A stretch of DNA of 64,000 bases from an uncultured Gemmatimonadaceae bacterium (GTDB lineage Bacteria > Gemmatimonadota > Gemmatimonadetes > Gemmatimonadales > Gemmatimonadaceae), in assembly GCA_963761305.1 (NCBI GenBank), contig CAVXGK010000002.1, positions 1,120,001-1,184,000 on the forward strand, in the 5' to 3' direction. Positions 31,037 to 40,197 of this stretch are shown one piece after another. Every line of letters begins with the position of its first letter. Within the stretch, counting starts at the first letter, position 1. The notes under the pieces are model-generated. The model saw only the letters and a list, made by a program, of their open reading frames with translations, was not told where the DNA came from and did no database searches. Made by a program: the position numbers and the translations under genes.

Positions 31037-32701
31037 ATGCGAGTAGCAGCCCTGTTTGTTGCAAGTGGCCTATTCCTCACGACGGCGAGCGCCGCTCGCT
31101 CGCAGCAACCGAATCGCCCCGACTCGACGACTCGCCTCGTCGATCGCGTCTTCGATGCGTGGCGCGACACCGAGGGACCCGGCTGCGCGCTCGGCGTCAG
31201 CCGCAACGGCCACGTCGTCCACGAACACGGCTACGGCATGGCCAACCTGGAGACGGCCACGCCGATCAGACCCGGCACGATCTTCCACGTCGCCTCCGTC
31301 TCGAAGCAGTTCACCGCGATGTCGATCATGCTGCTCGCGGCGGACGGCAAACTCTCCGTCGACGACGACATTCGAAAATACATCCCGGAGATCCCGAACT
31401 ACGGTACGACGATCACCATTCGCCACCTCCTGACTCACACGAGCGGACTTCGTGACCAATGGGCGCTGCTGGCCTTGAAACGCGGCCGTTTCGAGGAGGA
31501 TCGCATCACCGAGGCGGACGTGATGGACATCGTCCCGCGCCAAAAAGCGCTCAACTTCACCCCCGGCGCCGAATATTTGTACAGCAACACAGGCTTCACG
31601 CTGCTCGGCGTCATCGTGAAGCGGGTGAGTGGCAAGCCGCTCCGCGATTTCGCCGACGAGCGCATCTTCAGACCGCTCGGCATGACAAGCACGCATTTCC
31701 ACGACGACTACACCATGCTCGTCCGCGGACGAGCGTCGGCATACGAACCGGTGGGTAACGGCTGGCGCGTCGGCATTCCGAACTTCGACGTCTATGGCGC
31801 GACCAGCCTGTTCACCACGGTCGGCGACCTGCTCAAGTGGGAAGCGAACTTCGATGCGCCGGTCGTCGGCACCCGCGCGATCATCGATCAGATGCAGACG
31901 CGAGCGCATCTCACCAACGGCGACTCCGTGAACTACGGCTTCGGTCTCTCGGTTGCGACGTATCGCGGCGTGCGCGAGATCGGGCACAACGGCGCTGACG
32001 CCGGATATCGGAGCGTGGTCACCCGCTTTCCTGACCAAGGGTTGGCGATCGCCATCGAATGCAACGGGGCGACGGCGAACACCACCGCCCTCTCGCACGG
32101 CGTCGCCGACATCTACCTCGGGAGCGCACTCCCGGCAGTCCAACAGGCCGGCATGCCCGTCGCCGCTCCGGTCTCGCCGGACGTGCTTCGGCGTCGCGCG
32201 GGAGCCTACATCCAGCCGAATACGATGGCGATCCTCGAAATGTCGATCCAAAATGGCAATCTGATCGCCGGGCGCGCGGCCGGGCAGATCCTCGTGCCGA
32301 CGTCCGATCGAGCGATGCGAGTCCCCCGCTCGACCACGGAGTTCACCTTCACCGATGGCGATCGACCGGCGCTGGACGTCGTCGACGCCGGCCAGCGCCC
32401 GGTCCACTTCGAGCGTTGGGCACCCGCCGTCGTCACTCCGACGGCGCTCGCGGCGTACGCGGGCGATTACTACAGCGAGGACCTCGACGCGCGCTATAAG
32501 GTCATCGCCAGCGACTCGACGATCACGCTTCGCACGGGAACCGAGTCCGGCATACCGGCTCGACCCGTGTTCGCCGACGTCTTTGTTGCCGGGGGCTACA
32601 CGATTCAGTTTGCGCGCAAGGGATCGGCGGTGACGGGCTTTGACGTAACCGATGGCCGGATGCGCCACGTGCGATTCGTGCGGCAGGCGGCGCGTCCCTG
32701 A
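31037..32701 (+). CDS. Serine hydrolase, beta-lactamase/AmpC-like family
   Basis: Signal peptide; SVSK (SxxK), LLTHTSG, YSN, HNG motifs. Confidence 0.92.
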   Translation: MRVAALFVASGLFLTTASAARSQQPNRPDSTTRLVDRVFDAWRDTEGPGCALGVSRNGHVVHEHGYGMANLETATPIRPGTIFHVASVSKQFTAMSIMLLAADGKLSVDDDIRKYIPEIPNYGTTITIRHLLTHTSGLRDQWALLALKRGRFEEDRITEADVMDIVPRQKALNFTPGAEYLYSNTGFTLLGVIVKRVSGKPLRDFADERIFRPLGMTSTHFHDDYTMLVRGRASAYEPVGNGWRVGIPNFDVYGATSLFTTVGDLLKWEANFDAPVVGTRAIIDQMQTRAHLTNGDSVNYGFGLSVATYRGVREIGHNGADAGYRSVVTRFPDQGLAIAIECNGATANTTALSHGVADIYLGSALPAVQQAGMPVAAPVSPDVLRRRAGAYIQPNTMAILEMSIQNGNLIAGRAAGQILVPTSDRAMRVPRSTTEFTFTDGDRPALDVVDAGQRPVHFERWAPAVVTPTALAAYAGDYYSEDLDARYKVIASDSTITLRTGTESGIPARPVFADVFVAGGYTIQFARKGSAVTGFDVTDGRMRHVRFVRQAARP

Positions 32702-32705
32702 ACCG

Positions 32706-32810
32706 TCGCTTGGCGCCCGCAGTACCGCTCTCGATATTCCGCCCTCCGAAGTCCGTTTTGACCCGATCTGACGCCGCGACGCCTCGCGGCCTTTCCCATC
32801 TCGCCTGATG
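32706..32810 (+). promoter_or_regulatory. Conserved promoter/leader element, copy A
   Basis: About 105 nt homologous to 43427-43533; TTGGCG-N17-GATATT and hairpin GCCGCGA-CGCC-TCGCGGC. Confidence 0.75.
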
Positions 32811-33101
32811 GACGTTGCAGCAGCGTCTGGAGCTCTGCATCGAGGCGAGATGGGCGCTGGGCGCAGGGTTGTTTTCTCCGGCCGACATCCTGGCGCTGAA
32901 TGAGATTGCCGCCTAGACGCCCCACGAGCGGCAAGCACTGCTTGGTCTGGCTGATGCCATCGAGGAGCAGGTGCGCCGCGCGTGACGTTGGCTGTGGCCC
33001 GGCGGGTGGCCCGTTGTGCCGCGTCGCACGCGGTGACCAAGGGACCATCTACTACGGTTCAGCAAACAGCGTCCAGCAACCCTCAATTTCTGGAGGACAG
33101 G

Positions 33102-33494
33102 GTGAACCTGTTTCGTTCGCATTGTGCGTGGAGATTTGTGCTGATGGGCTCCGTGGCTGCCTGCAACGACTCGCCTTGCGTCACATTGCCATGCCCAGAA
33201 TCGCTGGCCGCCGAAATCTCTGTCACGGCGAATAACGCTCCAACCGGGATAGCCGGGCTTACGGCGTCGACTGCGGGCAGCACCACCACCATTCCCTGCA
33301 GCCAAGGCTCGGGTCCGACCACCGTATGCTGGATCCTCGGCGGCCCTGGCGTCTACCATCTGACACTCAGCGCGCCCGGGTATCAGAGCGTCCCGCTCAA
33401 CTTTTCGGTGACGGGAACGGCTGGGGGCTGCAATTCGTGTGGGCACGCCGACACTCAGACGTTGTCGGTGGTTCTGCAACCGGGAAGTGTTTGA
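33102..33494 (+). CDS. Cys-rich hypothetical lipoprotein
   Basis: GGAGG RBS; lipobox VAAC; C..LPC motif; PGVYHLTLSAPGYQ beta-sandwich motif. Confidence 0.7.
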   Translation: MNLFRSHCAWRFVLMGSVAACNDSPCVTLPCPESLAAEISVTANNAPTGIAGLTASTAGSTTTIPCSQGSGPTTVCWILGGPGVYHLTLSAPGYQSVPLNFSVTGTAGGCNSCGHADTQTLSVVLQPGSV

Positions 33495-33701
33495 GACGAG
33501 CGATTGCGGCTACCCTGAGCCGGAGCGTCTAGCGACATCGGCGAGGTTGAGTCTATGCGGCGCATCAAATGGTTCGTGACGCTCTTGGGTCTCGGCTCTT
33601 GCTAGTCGGCTGCCAAGGTTAGCGAGATCAGCCAGGTGGAAGCCGGCGCGGCCGGACATTCATCGAAACCCGCAGGCCAATACTAACGTTAAGAGGCTCT
33701 A

Positions 33702-34094
33702 ATGTTGAGAAACCGCGCGATCATGACTTGCGGCTTGCTTGGGGCGACGTGTGGGTTGTTTGGCGCCTGCGGTTCGGATGCCACCCAGGTTCCGTGCACC
33801 CCCATCGACATCCCCGCTTTCCTTCTGACAGTGCGGGATAGTCTGACGGGTGCCGTCATTGATTCGCAAGCCACGGCCATCGCGACCATCCCGAGCAGGG
33901 GCTATGCAGATACCGTCGTGAACGTACCGAGCGATCCCCTGATGCTCGGCGAGCTACCGGGAACCTATGACCTGTCCGTTAAGAGCCCCGGTTACGCTGC
34001 GTGGTTCGATTCAAACATCGTTATAGCCGCACAGGATGCAGGCTGCCACCCGGTGACGCAGACGCTCCGTGCGAACCTCCAACAACTGCCGTAG
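33702..34094 (+). CDS. Lipoprotein with carboxypeptidase-regulatory-like beta-sandwich
   Basis: Lipobox FGAC; TVRDSLTG; PGTYDLSVKSPGY. Confidence 0.75.
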   Translation: MLRNRAIMTCGLLGATCGLFGACGSDATQVPCTPIDIPAFLLTVRDSLTGAVIDSQATAIATIPSRGYADTVVNVPSDPLMLGELPGTYDLSVKSPGYAAWFDSNIVIAAQDAGCHPVTQTLRANLQQLP

Positions 34095-34115
34095 AGCGCA
34101 CCGGAGGTCGAGTTA

Positions 34116-34498
34116 ATGTGTCGCACAGCGCTCTTGGTCTGCCTGCCCCTCTGCATGGCAACGGCCTGCGGCATCAGCGGTCCGTCGGGCTGCGACATCT
34201 GCACGACGTGAGCCGTGGTTTACGGCACCGTGCGATCAAGCGACGGAAACGCGCTGCCGGCGGCGCGAATTACCATTGAGGCGCGCGCGCCGAGGTGTCA
34301 CGCCGACGACATTGGCTCTAACAGCGGCGCGATTGCAACGATTCGCTGGGCAATTACCGAGCTTTCGTCATCTCGGATTTTGGGCCGACCGCTGTGTGCC
34401 TCATCGTAACGTCGCCGCCGATACGGGCCACGTCGTCAGCCTAGAGAGCGACTACGCGAACCAAGGCCAGGACAGCGTGCGTGTGGATCTCGTTGTAC
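34116..34498 (+). pseudogene. Decayed lipoprotein gene (nonsense codon, frameshifts, IS insertion at 3' end)
   Basis: GGAGG RBS, MCRTALLVCLPLCMATAC; TGA at 34209; VYGTVRSSDG, DSLGNYR and DSVRVDLVV lie in three frames; removing the IS restores ...DLVVPPFV*. Confidence 0.7.
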
Positions 34499-34558
34499 TG
34501 GAGTTGACCCGATTTCGTGGACGCCTCACTCGCCCTAACTTCGGGGCGGAGGTGGCAC

Positions 34559-34888
34559 ATGAAGTCGAACCGGAAAGCAGGAGCAGCAGGACGGCGTGAG
34601 CGGCGCGCGTTCAGCGCCGAGTTCAAAGCCGAGGCGGTGCGGTTGATGGTGGAGCGACGGGCCGAGGGAGCGACGCTGGCGCAAGTCGGCCGCGAGCTGG
34701 ATGTCCGACCGGACCAGCTGCGGGCGTGGGCGCAGCAGCAGGCCCGTGAGGCCGGGACCGGGTCCGCGATGCCGGGCGAGACGATGGAGCAGGAGAATCG
34801 CCGGCTGCGCCGTGAGGTGGCGGTCCTGCGGCAGGAGCAAGCGTTCGCAAGAAAAGTGGCGGTGTACTTCGCGAAGGAGTCGCGTTGA
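34559..34888 (+). CDS. IS3 transposase OrfA (HTH)
   Basis: RRAFSAEFKAEAVRL...VGRELDV...LRAW; ENRRLRRE coiled coil; GGAGG RBS. Confidence 0.93.
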   Translation: MKSNRKAGAAGRRERRAFSAEFKAEAVRLMVERRAEGATLAQVGRELDVRPDQLRAWAQQQAREAGTGSAMPGETMEQENRRLRREVAVLRQEQAFARKVAVYFAKESR

Positions 34889-35760
34889 GGTACGCCGTGA
34901 TCACTCGCCATCGCGGCGAGTTTGAAGTGCGACTCATGTGCCGCGTGCTCGAGGTCTCGTCCTCCGGCTACTACGCCTCTCTGAAGCGACCGCCGAGTTG
35001 GCACGCGCTCGTCGATGAAGTGCTGATGGCGCACGTGCGGATCATTCATGCCGAGAGTGACGAGACGTACGGGGCGCCGCGCGTGCACCGCGAGCTGCAG
35101 GCCGAAGGGCTGCCCGCCAGCCCGAAGCGCGTCGCGCGCCTCATGCGCGAAGACGGCCTGGTCGCGCGTCCGCCCAGACGGCAGCGCGTCTCGACGACCG
35201 ATTCGAACCACGATCATCCGATCGCCCCGAATCTCGTGGCGCGGCAGTTCGACGTGAATGGCGTCGGCCTTAATCGCGTGTGGATCGCGGACATCACGCA
35301 CATCCCGACGCGACAAGGGCCGCTGTATCTCGCCACCGTCCTCGATCTCGGCTCGCGCCGCTGTGTCGGCTGGGCCATGCGCGAGACGTTGGAAGTCGAG
35401 CTCGCGCTCAGCGCGCTGCGGATGGCGCGCGAGGCGCGGTGTCCGGCGGTCGGATTGATTCACCACTCCGATCGCGGGAGTCAATACACATCGGGCGAGT
35501 ACCGCGCTGCGCTAGCGGCGCACGGCATGATTGCGAGCATGAGCGGGAAAGGCGACTGTTACGACAACGCGGTGGCCGAGAGCTTCTTCGCGACGCTCGA
35601 GTTCGAGCTGCTGATGCAGAACGATTGGCACACGCGGGAGGACGCCCGCCGCGCGATCTTCCGGTATATCGAGATCTGGTATAACCGGAAGCGGCGTCAC
35701 TCGACCCTCGGCTATGTCAGCCCGGCCGCGTACGAAGAGCAGTTATTGGAGGCGGCGTAG
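34885..35760 (+). CDS. IS3 transposase OrfB (DDE integrase core)
   Basis: YGAPR, WIADIT, HHSDRGSQY, DNAVAESFF, WYNRKRRHSTLGY. Confidence 0.95.
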   Translation: MRYAVITRHRGEFEVRLMCRVLEVSSSGYYASLKRPPSWHALVDEVLMAHVRIIHAESDETYGAPRVHRELQAEGLPASPKRVARLMREDGLVARPPRRQRVSTTDSNHDHPIAPNLVARQFDVNGVGLNRVWIADITHIPTRQGPLYLATVLDLGSRRCVGWAMRETLEVELALSALRMAREARCPAVGLIHHSDRGSQYTSGEYRAALAAHGMIASMSGKGDCYDNAVAESFFATLEFELLMQNDWHTREDARRAIFRYIEIWYNRKRRHSTLGYVSPAAYEEQLLEAA

Positions 35761-35944
35761 TTCCTATCACTCACGCGTCCACCAAATCGGGTGAAGTCCA
35801 TACCGCCGTTTGTTTAGCGTTCGCGCGAGGGGCGATGGCCTGTGTGCTGGCACAATTCAACCAGACTCTTGCATTTGCCTTGGGCATAGGCCGTCCGCCT
35901 CTATCGCCGTAGAGGCGGGCGATGCTAGCGTTAATCCTCTAACG

Positions 35945-36658
35945 ATGATTCCTGGGGTGGTTCCGTTGCCCGGAACGCTGGTTTCTTGTCGTGGACTGGC
36001 AATGGGGTGTTTGGCCGCAATCACCGCGGTTCTTGCGACCGTGTCGAGTTGCGCGGCGCCTGCCGAAAAGAGCATTGCCCCTCCAGATAGCTCGCTGCAG
36101 GCAGACCCGCTAATTCCCCTCGCGATCGGCACGCGGTGGACGTACGACTCGATCGACTCGGTCGAGCTTACGACCGATACCAGTCGCGATCATTCGTTCC
36201 ACCAAAAGCAGTCCTTCGCGGTCATCGCCGATACTGTTGCCGCGGATGGTTCGACTTGGGCGGTTTTGGACAGCGCATACGAAGTCATCGACGGGGGCAC
36301 CGGGATCGGCGGCCACAGCTACGTGGCCAATCGGAGCGATGGATTCTGGGATTGGTCGCTTCCACTCGGCTATCCAGCGCTTGCTTTGTTGTTTTTTGAA
36401 TTCCCGTACCCGACGAAGACCGGCACGAGCGCCAATCTCGGGGTCACCTCGGTTCTGTCAACGGACACGGTCGTCACGGTGCCCGCGGGCACATTCCATT
36501 GTTTGCTGTATCGCGAATCCGGCGACAGCGTCTTCGTGGCGCCCGGCGTCGGCGTTGTCGCGCGCCTGACCGACCGGACCAGTTACCAGTACATCTCCGG
36601 CCAGCTCGTGTATCTAGCCCGCACCTACTACGTCCTCAAATCGCTGACGGGACCGTGA
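35945..36658 (+). CDS. Hypothetical lipoprotein
   Basis: Lipobox VSSC; PLAIGTRWTY and VTVPAGTFHC...VAPGVGVV motifs; start 35945 or 36002. Confidence 0.7.
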   Translation: MIPGVVPLPGTLVSCRGLAMGCLAAITAVLATVSSCAAPAEKSIAPPDSSLQADPLIPLAIGTRWTYDSIDSVELTTDTSRDHSFHQKQSFAVIADTVAADGSTWAVLDSAYEVIDGGTGIGGHSYVANRSDGFWDWSLPLGYPALALLFFEFPYPTKTGTSANLGVTSVLSTDTVVTVPAGTFHCLLYRESGDSVFVAPGVGVVARLTDRTSYQYISGQLVYLARTYYVLKSLTGP

Positions 36659-36920
36659 CGAGTCGTGCCGAACGGGCCGCCGTGTGACGGGGATGGAGTC
36701 GTGTGGACTGTCCTCGTGGTTTTTGCGTCCGAAATCGACACGCACGCAGTTGGATGGCGATCGCTCCCAGGCTGATCGGCGCATTGGCATCCCGATGACA
36801 GTTGTCTAACGGTCGCTCGATCGGTGGTCGCCCGTTGCTTCTGCCACGTCGAGAACGAAGCACCCCCAGTCATCTTTGGCAGTGGCGACAATCAACCATT
36901 GCGGCGACTTGAAATCGCCT

Positions 36921-37508
36921 TCAGCTCAAGTACCGATCGTAGACGCCGCGATAACCGAGCGCCTCCGCGAGTCGGCCGAGCGTTGCGCTCACCGCCAGTT
37001 GAACCGGAATCGGAATCGCCGCGTCGAAGCTCCCATGCTTCGTGAACGTTCGTGCAGTCGCCGCCAACTGCAGCGGGTTCTTCGGCAATCCGCGCTTCCC
37101 GACCCTGCCTTCCCGAGCGAGGCCGAACATGGTTGCAAACCCGCCAAGCACGTCAGTGAGCGCCTCCGGATCGGTGGCGCCAAAATCGTTGGTGTGCCGA
37201 AAGACCATTTGTTCCGACCCTGTATTCCACGGATGAACATGCGGCACACCCGGCGGCATGACGATGCTCTCTCCGCGCCTGACTCGGTGCTCCTCCGCAC
37301 CGAGCCGGCAGGTCGCTGAACCTTCCAGGATCTCGAACGTCTCCGTCCACGTCCGGTGCACGTGCGGCGGGAACGGTGTCGAGCCCTGCGGACAGTACAC
37401 CTCGGTCATCCAGCCGCGCCCCGACATCTCCTCGATGCCTTTCACGACGACGATGCGCGTCTGCGTGATTGGGTCAGTGGTCTCGAACCCCGCTTTGATC
37501 GACCGCAT
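36921..37508 (-). CDS. Cupin domain-containing protein
   Basis: PPHVH...ETFEILEG and GESIVMPPGVPHVH cupin motifs; G.PKNPLQ C-terminus. Confidence 0.85.
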   Translation of the reverse strand: MRSIKAGFETTDPITQTRIVVVKGIEEMSGRGWMTEVYCPQGSTPFPPHVHRTWTETFEILEGSATCRLGAEEHRVRRGESIVMPPGVPHVHPWNTGSEQMVFRHTNDFGATDPEALTDVLGGFATMFGLAREGRVGKRGLPKNPLQLAATARTFTKHGSFDAAIPIPVQLAVSATLGRLAEALGYRGVYDRYLS

Positions 37509-37711
37509 CGGCCACTCCATGATTACGAGGTTCACGCTGGGACGAACCGGCTCCCTTCCCTCGTAAACGCTACGGCGTCTCACAGGATCCGCAATGCAGA
37601 ACCTGATGAACTGGAAATGGGCCTGGAGGTTGACAATGTTGGTACGCCCCCGATCGCCGCGTCCGGCGAGGATGGGAAATGTCGGATCTCCCTGCGCTTT
37701 GTCGTTCTCGT

Positions 37712-37747
37712 AGACTGGAGCTGCAATTGAGACTGGAGCTGCAATTG
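37712..37747. repeat. Perfect 18-bp tandem duplication AGACTGGAGCTGCAATTG x2
   Basis: Read directly in the divergent intergenic region. Confidence 0.9.
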
Positions 37748-37797
37748 GCTGGCGGTCTCGCCCAGCGGTCACCGTGACAGGCACCGGCGGAGGCGTG

Positions 37798-39414
37798 GTG
37801 AATCCTTTCAAACGCGACGAGTCGTCTCCCCCCTCGGTGCGCGGTCGCCGTGGCCGCTGTCGGCCCCCACTTGCACTCGGCGCTGTGTGCCTGGTGATCG
37901 GCGCCGCTTGCAACGATGCGCAGCGAGCGGTCGCGCCCCCGGAAACACCGTCGTCACCGTTGTCACCAGTGGTCCCATCGCCGCAGCCCACCCCACAACC
38001 CCGGGTCGGCTCCGTAATTGTCTCACCGGCCTTGGCGCTCGTCGTCCCCGGTCAAACCGCGCAGCTCGAGGCGATCACGCGAGACTCCGCCGGACACCCG
38101 CTCACCGGACTCGCCGTCACGTGGTCGAGCGGCAATGCCGCGGTTGCGACGGTCGACCAGTCGGGTACCGTCGTCGGCGTCGCCCCAGGTTCGGCGACAA
38201 TCTCGGCCGCGAGCGGCGGAAAGACAGGAACCGCCGCGATCAGCGTGAGCCTGCTGAACCCTGTCGCGTTCGCGCCGGGAGGCTTGGCCTTGGGCGCGGG
38301 CGACAACAGCTGCGGGCTCTCGACCACGGGCGCGGCCTATTGCTGGGGAGTCCTCCAATCCGGCTCGCCGAGCCGTGGCTCGCTCGTGGAGAGCGCAACG
38401 CCCATCCCCGTCGGCGGCGGTCTCGTCTTCTCGAGGCTCACTGTGAACGGCGACGAAGAGCCGTTTGGTCTGGGGGCAGGTGACTGGGATTACACGATCC
38501 ACGCGTGCGGGCTGACAGCGAACGGAAGCGCCTTTTGCTGGGGAACGGGCTCCAGCGGCCAGTTGGGAAACGGCGCCACCTCCGACTCGCCCATCCCCGT
38601 TCCGGTTTCCGGTGGGCTGACCTTCGCGTCGCTCTCCGCCGGCGGCTGGTTCACCTGCGGCCTCACCGCCACGGGCGCCGCGTATTGCTGGGGAGACGAC
38701 GACTATGGCGAGCTGGGAGACAACGCGCCGGTGGGCGGCGGCGGTCTGAATCACAGCGTACTCGTTCCGACGCTCGTGACGGGCGGACTCGTTTTTTCGC
38801 AAGTGAGCGCGGGCTTCACCCATGTGTGCGGACTCACGCCTGCCGGCGCGGCGTATTGCTGGGGCGACGGATCGTTTGGTCAGCTCGGCAACGGCCTACA
38901 GTCGCCAGGAAGTTTTGCGTCCGGCAGCGCGACTCCCCTATTGGTGCTGGGTGGGCTCACTTTTTCCGCCATCAGCGCCGGCGACTCCTTCACCTGCGGC
39001 GTGACGACGACCGGAGCGGCGTACTGCTGGGGCGACGGACGTCAGGGTACGTTGGGCGATGGAACACTCCGCGTCAGCGCCGTGCCGGTGGCCGTCGCGG
39101 GCGGCCTCACCTTCAAGGCGATCAGCGCCGGTGTAAGTCATGTGTGCGGGCTGACGACGGGCGGGTCGGCGTACTGTTGGGGTGCGAACCTGCTTGGCGA
39201 AACCGGCAACCCCGCGTTCGCAGCCGATGTTCCGACTCCGACCGCCGTTGCGGGAGGTCTCACGTTTGCGACGATCCTGGCCGGCGACGGGCACACGTGC
39301 GGGCTCACGACCGGCGGCGTCGCCTACTGCTGGGGAGGGAATAGCTTCGGAGAGCTCGGAGATGGAACGACGACGACGCGCTCCACACCGGTCAGGGTCG
39401 TCGGCCAACCTTAG
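37798..39414 (+). CDS. Lipoprotein with Ig-like (Big_2) domain and RCC1-like repeats
   Basis: Lipobox GAAC; VTWSSGNAAVATVDQSG; about seven CG.T..GAAYCWG....GQLG repeats. Confidence 0.9.
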   Translation: MNPFKRDESSPPSVRGRRGRCRPPLALGAVCLVIGAACNDAQRAVAPPETPSSPLSPVVPSPQPTPQPRVGSVIVSPALALVVPGQTAQLEAITRDSAGHPLTGLAVTWSSGNAAVATVDQSGTVVGVAPGSATISAASGGKTGTAAISVSLLNPVAFAPGGLALGAGDNSCGLSTTGAAYCWGVLQSGSPSRGSLVESATPIPVGGGLVFSRLTVNGDEEPFGLGAGDWDYTIHACGLTANGSAFCWGTGSSGQLGNGATSDSPIPVPVSGGLTFASLSAGGWFTCGLTATGAAYCWGDDDYGELGDNAPVGGGGLNHSVLVPTLVTGGLVFSQVSAGFTHVCGLTPAGAAYCWGDGSFGQLGNGLQSPGSFASGSATPLLVLGGLTFSAISAGDSFTCGVTTTGAAYCWGDGRQGTLGDGTLRVSAVPVAVAGGLTFKAISAGVSHVCGLTTGGSAYCWGANLLGETGNPAFAADVPTPTAVAGGLTFATILAGDGHTCGLTTGGVAYCWGGNSFGELGDGTTTTRSTPVRVVGQP

Positions 39415-39455
39415 CGAACTCTGAGATCGGATCCATGATCTCGACGGGGGGCGCC

Positions 39456-39488
39456 GGGATCGTTCACCGCGACGTCAAGCCCGAGAAC
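39456..39488 (+). pseudogene. Isolated Ser/Thr kinase catalytic-loop relic
   Basis: GGGATCGTTCACCGCGACGTCAAGCCCGAGAAC = GIVHRDVKPEN in intergenic DNA. Confidence 0.75.
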
Positions 39489-39732
39489 AATGCGGTGAGC
39501 GTGGAGTCGGCCGTGCCGTGAGTTCGCTCGCTGTCTCACGAGAACGGGCGAGAGTTGGTCTGACGTCCAACCCTTCTGACTGTCTGCCGTCAGACTTCGA
39601 GCCCAAGATCGGGGCCGGAGTACCGAGACAGACCGGCACTGGCCGCGATCCCGTCGCCCTTCTCCGCCCTTCTGACAGCGTCGCGAGGTGGACCTAACGC
39701 TCACGCTCTCCTGTGCTAATGTTGGTGAGCGA

Positions 39733-40197
39733 ATGGAAACTCACTCCGTACGACGCTGGCTGAACCGCTACGGGCTCGCCGAGGCCGCCGGCATCGCCTG
39801 CGCCGTGGCCGGATCGTTGGTGGTGCGACGCATCACCGGCAACGACATCGCTGCCGCCTTCGCCGCCGCTTGGGGCGAAACCATCGGCTACTCAGCCGCC
39901 ATCGTGGGCCGCGACTTCTTGGCCGGAGTGCGGACCGCGCGCGCGACCCAGCGACCGTTCGGCGTTCGCGGCGCCGCGGGAATCGTCGCCGGTCTCCTCG
40001 CCGAATTCGGCCCGGCCGGACTGCTCGACACGTTCGTGACACGACCGTTCGCGATGGGGCTCGGCGTGCGATTCATCGGACCGAAGCTCGGCGTGCTGGC
40101 CGGCAAACTCGCCGCGGACGTTCTCTTCTATTTGCCGGTCATTTTCGTGTACGAACGAAAGAGGCGTTGGCGCCGACCGAGAATGCAGCCACGGTGA
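39733..40197 (+). CDS. Hypothetical membrane protein
   Basis: WLNRYGLAE, WGETIGY, EFGPAGLLD..TRPF, GKLAADVLFY; several hydrophobic helices. Confidence 0.75.
   Translation: METHSVRRWLNRYGLAEAAGIACAVAGSLVVRRITGNDIAAAFAAAWGETIGYSAAIVGRDFLAGVRTARATQRPFGVRGAAGIVAGLLAEFGPAGLLDTFVTRPFAMGLGVRFIGPKLGVLAGKLAADVLFYLPVIFVYERKRRWRRPRMQPR

Larger units (their letters stand above)
34499..35800 (+). mobile_element. IS3 family insertion sequence, 1302 bp, complete
   Basis: TG...CA ends; IRL TGGAGTTGACCCGATTTCGTGGACGC vs IRR (rc) TGGACTTCACCCGATTTGGTGGACGC; 3-bp target duplication TAC at 34496-34498 and 35801-35803. Confidence 0.96.

Noticed and set aside
34209..34226. In-frame TGA in the lipoprotein gene as a second Sec codon (hairpin GCCGT-GGTTT-ACGGC follows)
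   Set aside because: The hairpin starts immediately after the TGA, too close for a SECIS, and the gene also has frameshifts and an IS insertion, so a nonsense mutation is simpler.
33494..39730. Integron cassette array (CTAAC/GTT motifs near 33683, 36804, 39692)
   Set aside because: Could not pair R'' and R' boxes into attC-like folds by eye, and there is no intI gene.
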